From an uncultured Hormoscilla sp. (GTDB lineage Bacteria > Cyanobacteriota > Cyanobacteriia > Cyanobacteriales > Desertifilaceae): DNA of 64,000 nucleotides. The stretch spans positions 4,096,001 through 4,160,000 of the forward strand of contig OZ001293.3 of assembly GCA_963921275.4 (NCBI GenBank), read 5' to 3'. The notes beneath the pieces are model-generated. The model saw only the letters and a program-made list of their open reading frames with translations. It did no database searches and had not been told where the DNA came from. Shown here one piece after another: positions 19,923-30,992 of this stretch. A program made the position numbers and the translations under genes. Every line of letters begins with the position of its first letter. Positions within the stretch are counted from its first letter, which is position 1.

Positions 19923-22900
19923 ATGGCTTTCTCTGCAATTATTCGCGAAATCGGACGCTCTCAGTTGACGAAGGAACTGCTCAGAAAACTGGAACGGTCC
20001 GGGTGCCTGACTCTCCAGGGTATCCCCCGCTTCTCTAAAGGATTGGTGGCTTCCGCTTTGGCTCAGGCCCAGAAACGCCCTCTGTTCGTAGTTACTGCTA
20101 CTACCGAAGAAGCCAGTCGCTGGGTTACTCAACTGGAGGCGATGGCTTGGCAGACATGGCATTTTTATCCTACTTCGGAAGCTTCTCCCTATGAACCTTT
20201 TGACCCTGAGTCGGAAATGACTTGGGGTCAAATACAGGTCTTGGCTGATTTGGTCGCTAAATCGACTGCCCGGGAATATAATATAGCGATCGTCGCTACC
20301 GAGCGATCGCTCCAACCCCATCTTCCCCCACCTGATGCCCTTAAACCTTACTTTATTCCCCTACAACAGGGGATGTCTTTTGAGCAACAGACCCTCGATC
20401 ATCAACTCACTCAACTGGGTTACGATCGCGTACCCCTGGTGGAAACAGAAGGACAATGGAGTCGCCGAGGTGATATTGTTGATATCTTCCCCGTCGCTTC
20501 GGAATTGCCCGTGCGCTTGGAATGGTTTGGAGATGAACTCGAACAACTGCGGGAGTTTGACCCCAGCACTCAGCGATCGCTCGATTTTTCGCGCAGCGAT
20601 TTTTTGCGCAGCGATTTTTCGCGCAGCGATTTTTCGCGCAGCGATTTTTCGCGCAGCGATTTTTCGCGCAGCGATCACATTAACCAGCTAATCCTCACAC
20701 CCACGGATTTTGCTCCCATTATCAAGGCCCATCTCCAACAGGATGTAGAAGAATCAGAAGAGATCCGACGCTTTCTGGGACTAACTTTTCCCCAACCAGC
20801 TTCTTTACTCGACTACTTGCCCGATCGGACTTTAATTGCTATTGACGAACCCATCCAATCTGCTGCCCATAGCAATAGCTGGTTGGCCCAGGCAGAAGAA
20901 CAATGGTCCCTGGTGAATCGGGAAATATCCTTGCCGAAAATTCATCGTAATTTTGCGGAATCATTGGCAGCAGCAGTCCCATTCAAGCAATTACATTTAT
21001 CAGAACTGGGAACGGAAACCCTCCCGACTGAAGATACTATTAATCTGGCGACCCGCCCCGTGCCAGTTTTGCCCCATCAATTTGCTAAACTGGCCCAAAC
21101 TATTAGAGAACAAGTAGTTAAGCGCTTTTCTACTTTTGTCATCTCCGCCCAACCTTCCCGTTCCGTTGCCCTCTTGCAAGAACATGATTGTCCTGCCCAT
21201 TTCGTCCCTAACCCCCGGGACTATCCTGCCATCGATAAACTGCTATCAACGCATACCCCCATTGCCCTGAAATATTCAGGCGGGGCAGAACTGGAAGGAT
21301 TCCTTCTCCCCACCCTCCCCATGCTAGTGGTGACCGATCGGGAGTTCTACGGTCAGCATTCCCTAGCAACCCCTACCTACGTGCGCAAACGCCGTCGCGC
21401 TGCTTCCAAACAGGTGGACCCCAACAAGCTGCAACCGGGAGATTATGTCGTTCACCGCCATCATGGCATCGGCAAATTTATCAAGCTAGAAAACCTGACG
21501 ATTAATAATGAAACCCGCGAGTATCTGGCGATCGAATATGCCGATGGTTTGCTGCGGGTGGCAGCCGACCAGTTGGGGACTTTGTCCCGGTTTAGAACTG
21601 CTGCTGGCCAGAAACCCCAATTGCATAAGTTAACTGGCAAAACCTGGGAGAAGACTAAGAATAAAGTTTGGAAAAATGTCAAGAAACTGGCAGTTGACTT
21701 GATCGGACTTTACGCCCAGCGATCGCAGCAAACGGGATTTGCCTATCCCGAAGATTCTCCCTGGCAAAAGGAATTAGAAGAATCTTTTCCCTATCAACCC
21801 ACCCCCGACCAGTTGAAGGCCACTCAAGATGTCAAACGGGATCTGGAGTCTCCACGACCGATGGACAGATTGGTTTGCGGTGATGTGGGTTTCGGGAAAA
21901 CGGAAGTGGCCATTAGATGCATCTTCAAAGCCGTTACCGCCGGCAAGCAGGTGGCTTTACTTGCCCCGACCACTATCCTCACTCAACAACATTATCATAC
22001 CCTGAAAGAACGCTTTGCTCCCTACCCCATTCATGTGGGTTTACTCAACCGCTTCCGCACCCCTGAGGAACGCCGGGAAATCCAAAAGCGACTGGCTACG
22101 GGGGAATTAGATGTGGTGGTGGGCACTCAAGCAATTCTCAGTAAGGATGTGAAATTCCGGGATTTAGGCTTGTTGGTAGTTGATGAAGAACAGCGTTTTG
22201 GTGTTAATCATAAGGAAAAGATTAAAGCCATGAAAACTCAGGTGGATGTCCTGACTCTCTCCGCCACCCCTATTCCTCGTACTCTTTATATGTCCCTGTC
22301 TGGCGTCCGGGAAATGAGTCTGATTACTATTCCTCCCCCCGGGCGCCGGTCGATTAAAACTCATCTTTTACCCTATGATAAAGATGCCGTCAAAACTGCT
22401 ATTCGTCAAGAGTTGGATCGCGGCGGTCAAGTTTTTTATGTCGTCCCCCGCATCGAGGGCATTGAAGAAATTAGCAGTAAACTCCGGGAGATGATTCCTG
22501 GGGCCCGAATGGCGATCGCCCACGGGCAAATGCCGGACAATGAGTTAGAAACTATCATGCTGAGATTCAGCAGCGGCGAAGCAGATATCATGGTCTGCAC
22601 TACCATTATCGAATCTGGCTTAGATATCCCCAGGGTGAACACGATCTTGATTGAAGATGCCCAACTATTCGGCCTTGCTCAACTCTACCAATTGCGGGGA
22701 CGTGTGGGACGGGCTGGCATTCAAGCTCATGCTTGGCTATTTTACCCCTATGAGAAACTATCAGATGTGGCCCGCAAGCGCTTACGGGCGATTCAGGAAT
22801 TTACTCAACTGGGTTCCGGTTATCAGTTAGCAATTCGGGATATGGAAATTCGCGGCGTTGGCAATCTCTTGGGCGTCGAACAGTCCGGACAGATGGACGC

Positions 22901-23426
22901 CATCGGCTTTGATTTATATATGGAAATGCTGCAAGAGGCCATCCGCGAAATTCAAGGACAAAAAATTACTCAAGTTGATGATACTCAAATTGATCTCAGT
23001 CTCACGGCCTTTATCCCTGCTAATTATATCCCCGATCTGGAACAGAAAATGAGTGCTTATCGCGCTGTGGCCTCTGCCAGTTCCCGCACTGAGTTGACCC
23101 AAATTGCCGCTGGTTGGAGCGATCGCTACGGTACCATTCCCGCCCCGGCCCAGCAACTATTGCGGGTGATGACAGTCAAGCAGGTGGCTAAATCCCTCGG
23201 TTTCTCTCGCATTAAACCCGAGGGAAAACAGCATGTCGCTATGGAAACGCCCATGGAGGAACCGGCCTGGAATTTACTTAAAGAAAAGCTGCCAACACAT
23301 TTGCGATCGCGCTTTGTCTACAGCAAGAGTAAAGTCACCGTTCGCGGTTTAGCTGTTCTCCCTGCTGACAAGCAACTGGAAAACCTGATTGACTGGTTGG
23401 GTAAGATGCAAGGGGCTTTGCCTTGA
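19923..23426 (+). CDS. mfd: Transcription-repair coupling factor
   Basis: UvrB-like N-terminus, RID (GDYVVH), [28 protein letters not shown]-terminus. Confidence 0.97.
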   Translation: MAFSAIIREIGRSQLTKELLRKLERSGCLTLQGIPRFSKGLVASALAQAQKRPLFVVTATTEEASRWVTQLEAMAWQTWHFYPTSEASPYEPFDPESEMTWGQIQVLADLVAKSTAREYNIAIVATERSLQPHLPPPDALKPYFIPLQQGMSFEQQTLDHQLTQLGYDRVPLVETEGQWSRRGDIVDIFPVASELPVRLEWFGDELEQLREFDPSTQRSLDFSRSDFLRSDFSRSDFSRSDFSRSDFSRSDHINQLILTPTDFAPIIKAHLQQDVEESEEIRRFLGLTFPQPASLLDYLPDRTLIAIDEPIQSAAHSNSWLAQAEEQWSLVNREISLPKIHRNFAESLAAAVPFKQLHLSELGTETLPTEDTINLATRPVPVLPHQFAKLAQTIREQVVKRFSTFVISAQPSRSVALLQEHDCPAHFVPNPRDYPAIDKLLSTHTPIALKYSGGAELEGFLLPTLPMLVVTDREFYGQHSLATPTYVRKRRRAASKQVDPNKLQPGDYVVHRHHGIGKFIKLENLTINNETREYLAIEYADGLLRVAADQLGTLSRFRTAAGQKPQLHKLTGKTWEKTKNKVWKNVKKLAVDLIGLYAQRSQQTGFAYPEDSPWQKELEESFPYQPTPDQLKATQDVKRDLESPRPMDRLVCGDVGFGKTEVAIRCIFKAVTAGKQVALLAPTTILTQQHYHTLKERFAPYPIHVGLLNRFRTPEERREIQKRLATGELDVVVGTQAILSKDVKFRDLGLLVVDEEQRFGVNHKEKIKAMKTQVDVLTLSATPIPRTLYMSLSGVREMSLITIPPPGRRSIKTHLLPYDKDAVKTAIRQELDRGGQVFYVVPRIEGIEEISSKLREMIPGARMAIAHGQMPDNELETIMLRFSSGEADIMVCTTIIESGLDIPRVNTILIEDAQLFGLAQLYQLRGRVGRAGIQAHAWLFYPYEKLSDVARKRLRAIQEFTQLGSGYQLAIRDMEIRGVGNLLGVEQSGQMDAIGFDLYMEMLQEAIREIQGQKITQVDDTQIDLSLTAFIPANYIPDLEQKMSAYRAVASASSRTELTQIAAGWSDRYGTIPAPAQQLLRVMTVKQVAKSLGFSRIKPEGKQHVAMETPMEEPAWNLLKEKLPTHLRSRFVYSKSKVTVRGLAVLPADKQLENLIDWLGKMQGALP
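20583..20672 (+). repeat. In-frame 15-nt tandem repeat x6 (DFSRS) inside mfd
   Basis: GATTTTTCGCGCAGC x6 with one variant. Confidence 0.9.
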
Positions 23427-23944
23427 CAATTAGTGAATATTGACATCTTGCTAGGCCGGGTACGTTTCCAGGCGGGAACATTGCGGGAACATTTCCCGAA
23501 CCCTAAAGGGCCCGGCTACACGAACAAAGCCCGCCTGCGCGGGCTAAATTACAAAAGTGAGATGCGCCCAGGAACTCGGCTTTATGATGCAAGGGGCTTT
23601 GCCTTGACAATTAGTGAATATTGACATCTTGCTAGGCCGGGTACGTTTCCAGGCGGGAACATTGCGGGAACATTTCCCGAACCCTAAAGGGCCCGGCTAC
23701 ACGAACAAAGCCCGCCTGCGCGGGCTAAATTACAAAAGTGAGATGCGCCCAGGAACTCGGCTTTATGATGCAAGGGGCTTTGCCTTGACAATTAGTGAAT
23801 ATTGACATCTTGCTAGGCCGGGTACGTTTCCAGGCGGGAACATTGCGGGAACATTTCCCGAACCCTAAAGGGCCCGGCTACACGAACAAAGCCCGCCTGC
23901 GCGGGCTAAATTACAAAAGTGAGATGCGCCCAGGAACTCGGCTT
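23406..23944. repeat. 181-bp tandem triplication including the mfd 3' end and a REP-like hairpin
   Basis: Three near-identical units at 181-bp spacing; AAAGCCCGCCTGCGCGGGCT REP-like motif also near 36550. Confidence 0.9.
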
Positions 23945-24614
23945 ATGTCGATTAAAACAGACTAATGACATAATGCCGTGCCTCCGTTAAGAGTTTCCCA
24001 CTAATACAACTACTTTTGACCACACCCCCTGGAAACCGACATCTCTTCTGGGCAATCCTGTGAATTGAGGTAAATTTTATAGAAGTAAATACTTGTAAAT
24101 TTCTGGTAATATCGTGAACCAACCACGCTGCCAGTACATAACCGATGTGGGCGATTGCCAGGGCGATCGAGAAGCTAACAGCATTCCAGCACGATGTCCA
24201 GCATAGTCCAATGACGTATAAGTCTTTATTTTTATACCATAGCTGAGACCTGAATGCAAGCATCTCTTAGGTAAATTTTGCCAAAATCCGCTGCTAAAAA
24301 GCCCTAAAATCCAGATATAGCAATATTTTTACCAATATTTACCAACCTGGCACTTAAGCATTCGGTGAGGCCACTGGTCAGTGACCGGTGACCAGTGGTC
24401 AGACGCACGTCGCTGGTAAGTTATGGGAGCAAACCTGCACTAGAACATGGCTTGCACTGGCGATCGCACCTTTGGGCCAGGGGCCGATCGCGCAGCTATG
24501 TACCGGCGTCTGGCTGTGCTTATCTTGGAACAAGACCTGTCGCGACTATCTTGGTGTTGCGGACAACTATTGTGATATGATTGTCCGAAGAGCATACCAG
24601 GAGTAATAGCCAAG

Positions 24615-25376
24615 ATGAAGTCAATCCGATTTTTGCTTTTATCTTTTCTTGTCGGACTATTGATTATAGTAGTAGTTTCCTGCGCTAAATCAATTAGTCC
24701 GAAAGCAGCTGACTGGGGTTATAATGGGCCTGCTGGACCTAGTAACTGGGGAGAGTTAAGCTCAGAATTTGCCACCTGCCAACAAGGAAAGCAGCAGTCT
24801 CCCGTTGATATCAAGTCAACTACGAGTGCTAACTTGCCGCCGATTGAATTTAATTACAAGTATACCCCGTTTAAGGTGATCAACAATGGTCACACATTGC
24901 AGGTAGAATACGAACCAGGGAGTTCAATCAAGATCGGAGGGAAGCGGTACGAACTGCTTCAGTTTCATTTTCACGCACCCAGCGAACATAGTATTGACGG
25001 CAAAACCTATCCAATCGAAGCACACCTGGTTCACAAAAGTCAAGATGGTGAACTTGCTGTGCTGGGGATTTTCATGCAGTCGGGGCGGGAAAACAGTTTT
25101 ATTCAAGCCCTGTGGTCTAATTTACCAGAAGAACAAGGAGAAAACCAAGTCAGAGGTATTAGCGTTAATGCTAGCGCTATGCCACCAGTTAACAAGTCTT
25201 ATTACAATTATCCGGGCTCATTGACGACCCCTCCTTGTAGCGAAGGAGTTAATTGGATTGTGTTTAAAACCCCGATCGAGGTTTCCCCAGGGCAGATTGA
25301 CGCATTCAAGTCAATTTATAATGGAAATGCGCGACCAGTTCAGCCCCTGAATGGCAGGAATATTCAGGATAATTGA
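24615..25376 (+). CDS. ecaA: Alpha-class carbonic anhydrase, exported (possible lipoprotein)
   Basis: QSPVDI, NNGHT, QFHFH, SEH, EAHLVH, GSLTTPPCSEGV, NARPVQPLN; signal peptide ending VVSC. Confidence 0.92.
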   Translation: MKSIRFLLLSFLVGLLIIVVVSCAKSISPKAADWGYNGPAGPSNWGELSSEFATCQQGKQQSPVDIKSTTSANLPPIEFNYKYTPFKVINNGHTLQVEYEPGSSIKIGGKRYELLQFHFHAPSEHSIDGKTYPIEAHLVHKSQDGELAVLGIFMQSGRENSFIQALWSNLPEEQGENQVRGISVNASAMPPVNKSYYNYPGSLTTPPCSEGVNWIVFKTPIEVSPGQIDAFKSIYNGNARPVQPLNGRNIQDN

Positions 25377-25665
25377 AATGCGATCCATTTCGGTATTGCT
25401 GCGGAGAACTCTGCCATTTATTCTGGGGTGAAATCACTATAATGAGTAATTGAACTGATCGTGTCCGAGAGCACCACCCTATCACACTTTGTGCGATAGG
25501 GTGGTGTCTCTGGACACGATCCCAAGGTCCCGGGTAGACTGGGTACAACAGGATGAGCTCGGGGCCAGATCTGACTATTGTCATCTGTGACAACTGGCGT
25601 AGCACTTGCGTAACTACTCGAGCGATCGTACTAAATACCGTCGCGCCAGTGTAACGACAATATGA

Positions 25666-25803
25666 TTACATAGCGTAGGCATATTGGAATGCCCACCAGA
25701 TCAGGAAGGCGATGCCTCCCAATACTAGGATAGCAGAGATGGCGACTGCTTTCGGGCTATCAGCGCCCTTGAACTTCATGATGCCACGGTTTAAGTCTGA
25801 CAT
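25666..25803 (-). CDS. Small (45 aa) single-TM cyanobacterial protein
   Basis: Manual translation MSDLNRGIMKFKGADSPKAVAISAILVLGGIAFLIWWAFQYAYAM behind a GAGGAG RBS; below the ORF-track size cutoff. Confidence 0.7.
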   Translation of the reverse strand: MSDLNRGIMKFKGADSPKAVAISAILVLGGIAFLIWWAFQYAYAM

Positions 25804-25877
25804 TTTGTTCTCCTCTGTGCGAAAATACAATTGCGATTACATCTGGGGCTGTTATTGCCATATTATTTATAGCTTAG

Positions 25878-26908
25878 GTGAGCTTGAATGTGAAAATTGC
25901 ACTGATTGTTTTAATAATTGCGATCGGATTGCTGGTAGCCCTAGAGGTAGCCCTGCGGTTGCTGTTTGGCAAAGCCAATCCCCTGATTTATGTTGCTGAT
26001 GAACAAATTGGATATTTGCTGGCACCGGAGCAGCGGACTCGCAGGTTTGGCGGCGTCTTCCGCATACTCTTGTCCTGAAGGACACGGCTGGCGCCGCGCT
26101 GCCGCGAACGGCATGCTCCAGACACCGCCGTCGCATCCAGATTAATCAATTTTATCAGCGCAGTCAAGCTATATCCTCAAAACGGGAACCCTCTACCCTG
26201 CGGGTGTTGCTGCTGGGAGATTCGATCGCCAATGGGGGTTGGTGGACGGACCAGGATAAGACAATTTCTTCTATGATAACACGCCAGCTGACAGAAACAG
26301 GGGATATGCTCTATACTAAAGTGGAAGTTCTCAATGCTTCGGCCAATTCCTGGGCACCGCGCAATGAATTGGCCTATTTACAGCGGTTTGGTACTTTTGA
26401 GTCTCAGGCGGTGGTGTTGCTGCTGAATACTGATGACTTGTTTGGTACTGCGCCTACTTCTGTCCCGGTAGGACGCGATCGCTACTATCCCAGTCGCAAA
26501 CCCCCCTTAGGCATTATAGAAGCTTACACCCGCTTGCTGCTGCCCTACAAGCCCCCGCCGGAAATGGCCGCAGTTAATGCCGAAAAGGGCGATCGGGTGG
26601 GTTTCAATTTAGAAGCAATTGCTAAAATCCAGGAAATTACAACTGTTGCTGGGGCGAAATTCCTCCTAGTCATGACCCCTCTCTTGCGGGAAGTTGGCGC
26701 ACCTGAACCCCGCAATTATGAAATTAAAGCCCGATCGCGACTATTGGAACTTACTTCATCGCAGGGAATAGAATACATTGACTTTTTGCCGATTTTCAAG
26801 GATGCCGAAAACTCTGAATCATTGTATCGCGATCATATTCATCTAAGTCCCGCAGGTAACCAGATGGTGAGTCAAACTATATGCTATGCTATTCGTAGGT
26901 TTGGTTGA
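25878..26908 (+). pseudogene. SGNH/GDSL hydrolase split by a ~77-nt hairpin insertion
   Basis: N-part ...QRTRRFG and C-part RIQINQF...RVLLLGDS...NASANSW...NTDD...DHIHL are in different frames around 26052-26131. Confidence 0.8.
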
Positions 26909-26929
26909 CGTTAGGAAACCAAACCAGCG

Positions 26930-27503
26930 ATAAACCAAGGACAAACCTGTTGGGTTTCTGGACGAAACCCAACGCAAGCGCTCTTACTACAAACCAAGGA
27001 CAAACCTGTTGGGTTTCTGGACGAAACCCAACGCAAGCGCTCTTACTACAAACCAAAGACAAACCTGTTGGGTTTCTGGACGAAACCCAATGCAAGCGCT
27101 AAAGCGCTTACTACAAACCAAGGACAAACCTGTTGGGTTTCTGGACGAAACCCAACGCAAGCGCTCTTACTACAAACCAAGGACAAACCTGTTGGGTTTC
27201 TGGACGAAACCTAACGCAAGCGCTAAAGCGCTTACTACAAACCAAGGACAAACCTGTTGGGTTTCTGGACGAAACCCAATGCAAGCGCTAAAGCGCTTAC
27301 TGCAAACCAAGGACAAACCTGTTGAGTTTCTGGACGAAACCCAACGCAAGGGCTAAAGCGCTTACTACAAACCAAGGACAAATATGTTGGGTTTCTGGAC
27401 GAAACCCAACGCAAGGGCTAAAGCGCTTACTACAAACCAAGGACAAACCTGTTGAGTTTCTGGACGAAACCCAACGCAAGGGCTAAAGCGCTTACTACAA
27501 ACC
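26930..27503. repeat. Tandem array of 9 units (59/65 bp) of a REP-like hairpin GTTGGGTTTC-TGGAC-GAAACCCAAC
   Basis: Units are nearly identical and have no unique spacers. Confidence 0.9.
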
Positions 27504-27627
27504 TATGGAATATGAAGAATCTGCGAGTTTTACTAATCGGCGGTTATGCAGCAATGCTGGCGTATTGCACCCATCTATTATCTCAAAATTTGACTGGCAA
27601 TTCCCAGGTGGCTAAAGCAGAAGCGAC

Positions 27628-27722
27628 TCCAGTCATGATTCGGTTCAGGGAGCTAATCTACACAACAGACTTGTCAAAGTGTGTTTGAGTCCTCTTCCAC
27701 CAGACTAATCCTAGCATACAAG
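27628..27722 (-). mobile_element. IS110 left-end remnant (internally deleted) with target junction
   Basis: Homologous to about 4360-4470; minus-strand junction TGCCGTGCCC-CT-TGTATGC. Confidence 0.65.
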
Positions 27723-27973
27723 GGGCACGGCAGAGCGTAGATTATCGGTGATGATGTAAAAGGTAACAGCTGCCGTGTCCCGGGGCGATCGCAAATGTGA
27801 TTTCGGGACAGGGCATCATTATCGGCTATGATGAGGAAGGAGACAAACAGGCTGCTTTGTGCCCCGGCGCAAGGCGATAGCCAATAGGTGGTCGCAGCAG
27901 GCAGATGAGAGATTGAGGTGCAAGATGAGAGGAAAGGAGACAGGAGGTGATGTATAATGCCAGGAAGTGAAGT

Positions 27974-29083
27974 ATGGCAATAGAGGTCAGCCACGTGGTT
28001 CAAGCACCATTATCAACATTAACAGAAAGCTCTGTTAGCACAGCCAAAGGCGAGTCATTGCGAACGCGCTGCGCGCGCCTAGCTCAAGAGATAATAGCAG
28101 GAAAGCGCCTAGACAGAGAAGAGGCGATCGCCCTGACGGAGATAGCAGGAGAAGAAAACATCTTAGAGCTGTGTGCAGCAGCCGACGTTGTGAGGCAAGC
28201 ATGCTGCGGGAATAAGGTAGACTTGTGCAGCATCGTGAATATAAAATCAGGGAATTGCTCGGAGAACTGTAGCTTCTGCGCCCAGTCAGCCCATCATCCA
28301 GGAGAGGGTTCGCCCATATACGGACTCAAACCCACCGCAGAAATAGTCGCCCAAGGGAAAGCAGCAGCAGCAGCCGGTGCCAAGAGATTTTGCCTGGTAA
28401 GTCAGGGACGGGGACCAAAATATAATAGCCCCAAATCAGGAGAATTCGAGCGCATACTGGAGGCAGTGGGGCAGATCATGGCCCAAACAGATATTAAACC
28501 CTGCTGCGCCCTGGGAGAAGTGACAGCTTCACAGGCCCAAGCCCTAGCAGCAGCAGGGGTGACCCGCTATAACCATAATCTAGAGTCCTCGGAGAACTTT
28601 TTCGGGAACGTCGCCACCAGTCATAGTTGGCGCGATCGGGTAGAAACCATCAAGCAGGTGAAAGCCGCAGGGATGCAAGCCTGCACGGGGGGGATAATAG
28701 GCATGGGAGAAAGCTGGTCAGACCGGGTGGAAATGGCCTTAGCCTTGCGAGAATTAGAAGTAGAATCAGTACCCCTGAACCTGCTGAATGCCCGACCCGG
28801 AACCCCCATGGGCGATCGGCCCCGGATGGATCCCTATGAGGCCCTCAAGGCGATCGCAATCTTCCGACTGATGCTGCCCGAGCAGATCATCCGCTATGCT
28901 GGAGGACGAGAAGCGGTCATGGGCGAACTGCAAGCATTAGGATTAAAAGCAGGCATCAACGCCATGTTAATCGGTCACTACCTGACCACCCTAGGTCAAC
29001 CCCCCGAACAAGACCACGCCATGCTGGAATCCTTAGGACTCCAAGGCGGAGAAGCCCCCATTCCAGGGCTGTATAAAGTATAA
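27974..29083 (+). CDS. bioB: Biotin synthase
   Basis: Radical SAM CSENCSFCAQS, YNHNLES, CTGGIIGMGES, IRYAGGRE. Confidence 0.95.
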   Translation: MAIEVSHVVQAPLSTLTESSVSTAKGESLRTRCARLAQEIIAGKRLDREEAIALTEIAGEENILELCAAADVVRQACCGNKVDLCSIVNIKSGNCSENCSFCAQSAHHPGEGSPIYGLKPTAEIVAQGKAAAAAGAKRFCLVSQGRGPKYNSPKSGEFERILEAVGQIMAQTDIKPCCALGEVTASQAQALAAAGVTRYNHNLESSENFFGNVATSHSWRDRVETIKQVKAAGMQACTGGIIGMGESWSDRVEMALALRELEVESVPLNLLNARPGTPMGDRPRMDPYEALKAIAIFRLMLPEQIIRYAGGREAVMGELQALGLKAGINAMLIGHYLTTLGQPPEQDHAMLESLGLQGGEAPIPGLYKV

Positions 29084-29103
29084 AGTCAGCAGCTTATGTA
29101 GGG

Positions 29104-29293
29104 TAGAATGTCACGCTCGTTAAGTCGAAGAATACTCATATCTGTCATTGCGAGGGGGGCTCGAAGGAGTTAACTTGTGTTGTAGTCTGATTAACCCCCC
29201 CGTAGCGCTACGGGGGGTCTACCGATGGTGCTCCCACAAAGTCGGTTTGGGTTCCCCCCCTCGCAATGACACCTTAATGAGCGTGACATTCTA
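29104..29293. mobile_element. MITE-like element with TAGAATGTCACGCTC TIRs and a nested REP-like palindrome
   Basis: Inverted ends TAGAATGTCACGCTC / GAGCGTGACATTCTA. Confidence 0.6.
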
Positions 29294-29330
29294 TTACGCT
29301 TTAACCTTCATCATTCACCATTGACCATTA

Positions 29331-29915
29331 GTGATTGCTCCCACAGAAATACTTTGGGCCTTGATAGGCTTAATCCTAACGATCAGCGGCACCTTTATAG
29401 AAGCATTGATCGCGACTCCGACCTGGAGTTGGAGTCAGCATGGCATAGCAATTCGGTCCCTAGAAGTATCCTATCAGGTAGGAGGAGTGCTGCTAGTGAG
29501 CTGTGTAGGAGGGAAAAATGCCGGAGCCTTATCGCAAATAGCCTATTTAACATTAGGGTTAACGTGGCTACCAGTATTTTCACAGGGAGGAGGCTTCAAC
29601 TATTTCCAGCAGCCTAGCTTTGGCTACTTAGTGGGATTCATTCCCGGGGCCTGGGTATGTGGGTTCCTAGCATTTCAGGGACGACCGCGACTAGAGACAC
29701 TGGCATTTAGTTGTGTCTGCGGCCTAGCGTGCATTCATCTCGTCGGCCTCAGCTATCTACTGGTGACTCACCTGTTTAACTGGGCACCGGGAGCGACAAT
29801 ACCCCTAATGGATGCTACTCTCAAATATTCTGTATATCATCTGAGAGGGCAGTTAGCAGTAGCCTGTGCTGCAACGGTTCTGGCTTTTGTCCTGCGGAAA
29901 ATATTGCTCTATTGA
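29331..29915 (+). CDS. bioY: Biotin transporter BioY
   Basis: AYLTLGLTWLPVFSQGGG...PSFGYLVGF; next to bioB. Confidence 0.9.
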   Translation: MIAPTEILWALIGLILTISGTFIEALIATPTWSWSQHGIAIRSLEVSYQVGGVLLVSCVGGKNAGALSQIAYLTLGLTWLPVFSQGGGFNYFQQPSFGYLVGFIPGAWVCGFLAFQGRPRLETLAFSCVCGLACIHLVGLSYLLVTHLFNWAPGATIPLMDATLKYSVYHLRGQLAVACAATVLAFVLRKILLY

Positions 29916-30003
29916 AAGTTGTCAGTTGTCAGAGGATAGTAGTCAGAGGATAGTAGTCAGTTGTCAGTTGGGAATTTGGAATTGGGAATTTGTCAGTTGT
30001 TAA

Positions 30004-30474
30004 ATGAGAATTAAGAACCGCTTTTTCTGGGCGATCGCCCTCGGCAGTCTAATTTTAGACCATCTAACCAAATTTTGGGTAGTAGGAAACTTCGCGCTGA
30101 GAGAAAGTTGGCCAGTATGGTCGGGGGTGTTTCACCTCACCTATGTCAGAAATACCGGTGCCGCCTTTAGCCTATTTAGTGATAACGGCTGGTGGTTGCG
30201 CTGGCTGTCCTTGGGGGTAAGCTTAGGCTTAATGGCACTGGCCTGGTACGGACCCAAGATGAACCGTTGGGAACAATCAGGCTATGGTTTCATCTTAGGT
30301 GGTGCCCTAGGAAATGGCATCGATCGCTTTGTTGCCAGTTACGTCGTAGATTTTCTAGATTTTCGACTGATTCGATTCCCCGTGTTCAATTTAGCAGATG
30401 TGTTCATTAATGTGGGTATTATTTGTCTATTGATTGCTGGTTTTAGCCATACCGGCCCTGACTATCCGGGTTAG
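30004..30474 (+). CDS. lspA: Lipoprotein signal peptidase II
   Basis: DHLTK, NTGAAFS, GALGNGIDR, VVDF, FPVFNLAD. Confidence 0.95.
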   Translation: MRIKNRFFWAIALGSLILDHLTKFWVVGNFALRESWPVWSGVFHLTYVRNTGAAFSLFSDNGWWLRWLSLGVSLGLMALAWYGPKMNRWEQSGYGFILGGALGNGIDRFVASYVVDFLDFRLIRFPVFNLADVFINVGIICLLIAGFSHTGPDYPG

Positions 30475-30525
30475 ACACGGAAAATGATAGTCTGAAAAAT
30501 TACCTGGCAGCTAACAGTGAGGCTA

Positions 30526-30566
30526 CGATGCCTTCCGGACGCATGGCGAAAACCCGGAAGGCATCG
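30526..30566. repeat. CG-bounded mini-hairpin element (net 39 nt)
   Basis: CG-ATGCCTTCCGG...CCGGAAGGCAT-CG perfect stem. Confidence 0.65.
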
Positions 30567-30992
30567 CAAAGTAATTAGATTACAGAATATAATGTATGTC
30601 AATAAAAAAACTAAGATTATAGGAAGCTGCCAATATAGCATTTCTCAGATAGATGCGATCTGATATTAGATAGATGAGGACGGGTGAATTGCAGATATCA
30701 TAAGGGTTGAGCGCGATTTGATCGGAGAACGCACGGGCTCCAGAGAAATGCTATAAAACGATCTCCGAAACTATCATTGTCAGCAAGGGGAAATGCCATT
30801 AATGTTAAGTAGTTGTGCCAAATGATTTTTATATTTGTGGCCGAGGTGATAGAGCAGGAAAATTAGAGCTGAAAGCATTACCCCATAAAGATTTCAGCGA
30901 TTTAAATTCTCGAAAATTTACGGCTGGGAAAAAATATCAAAATAATGCAAGCCTATGTACTTAATCGCCGCCGCCAAGGGTAAGTAAAGCCT

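Noticed and set aside
23433..23805. Two identical 63-aa ORFs
   Set aside because: By-products of the 181-bp tandem repeat; no protein features
23952..24610. Short ORFs and palindromes upstream of the carbonic anhydrase
   Set aside because: No recognisable protein or RNA family from the sequence alone
26930..27503. Possible CRISPR array
   Set aside because: The sequence between the hairpins is the same in every unit, and there are no cas genes in the window
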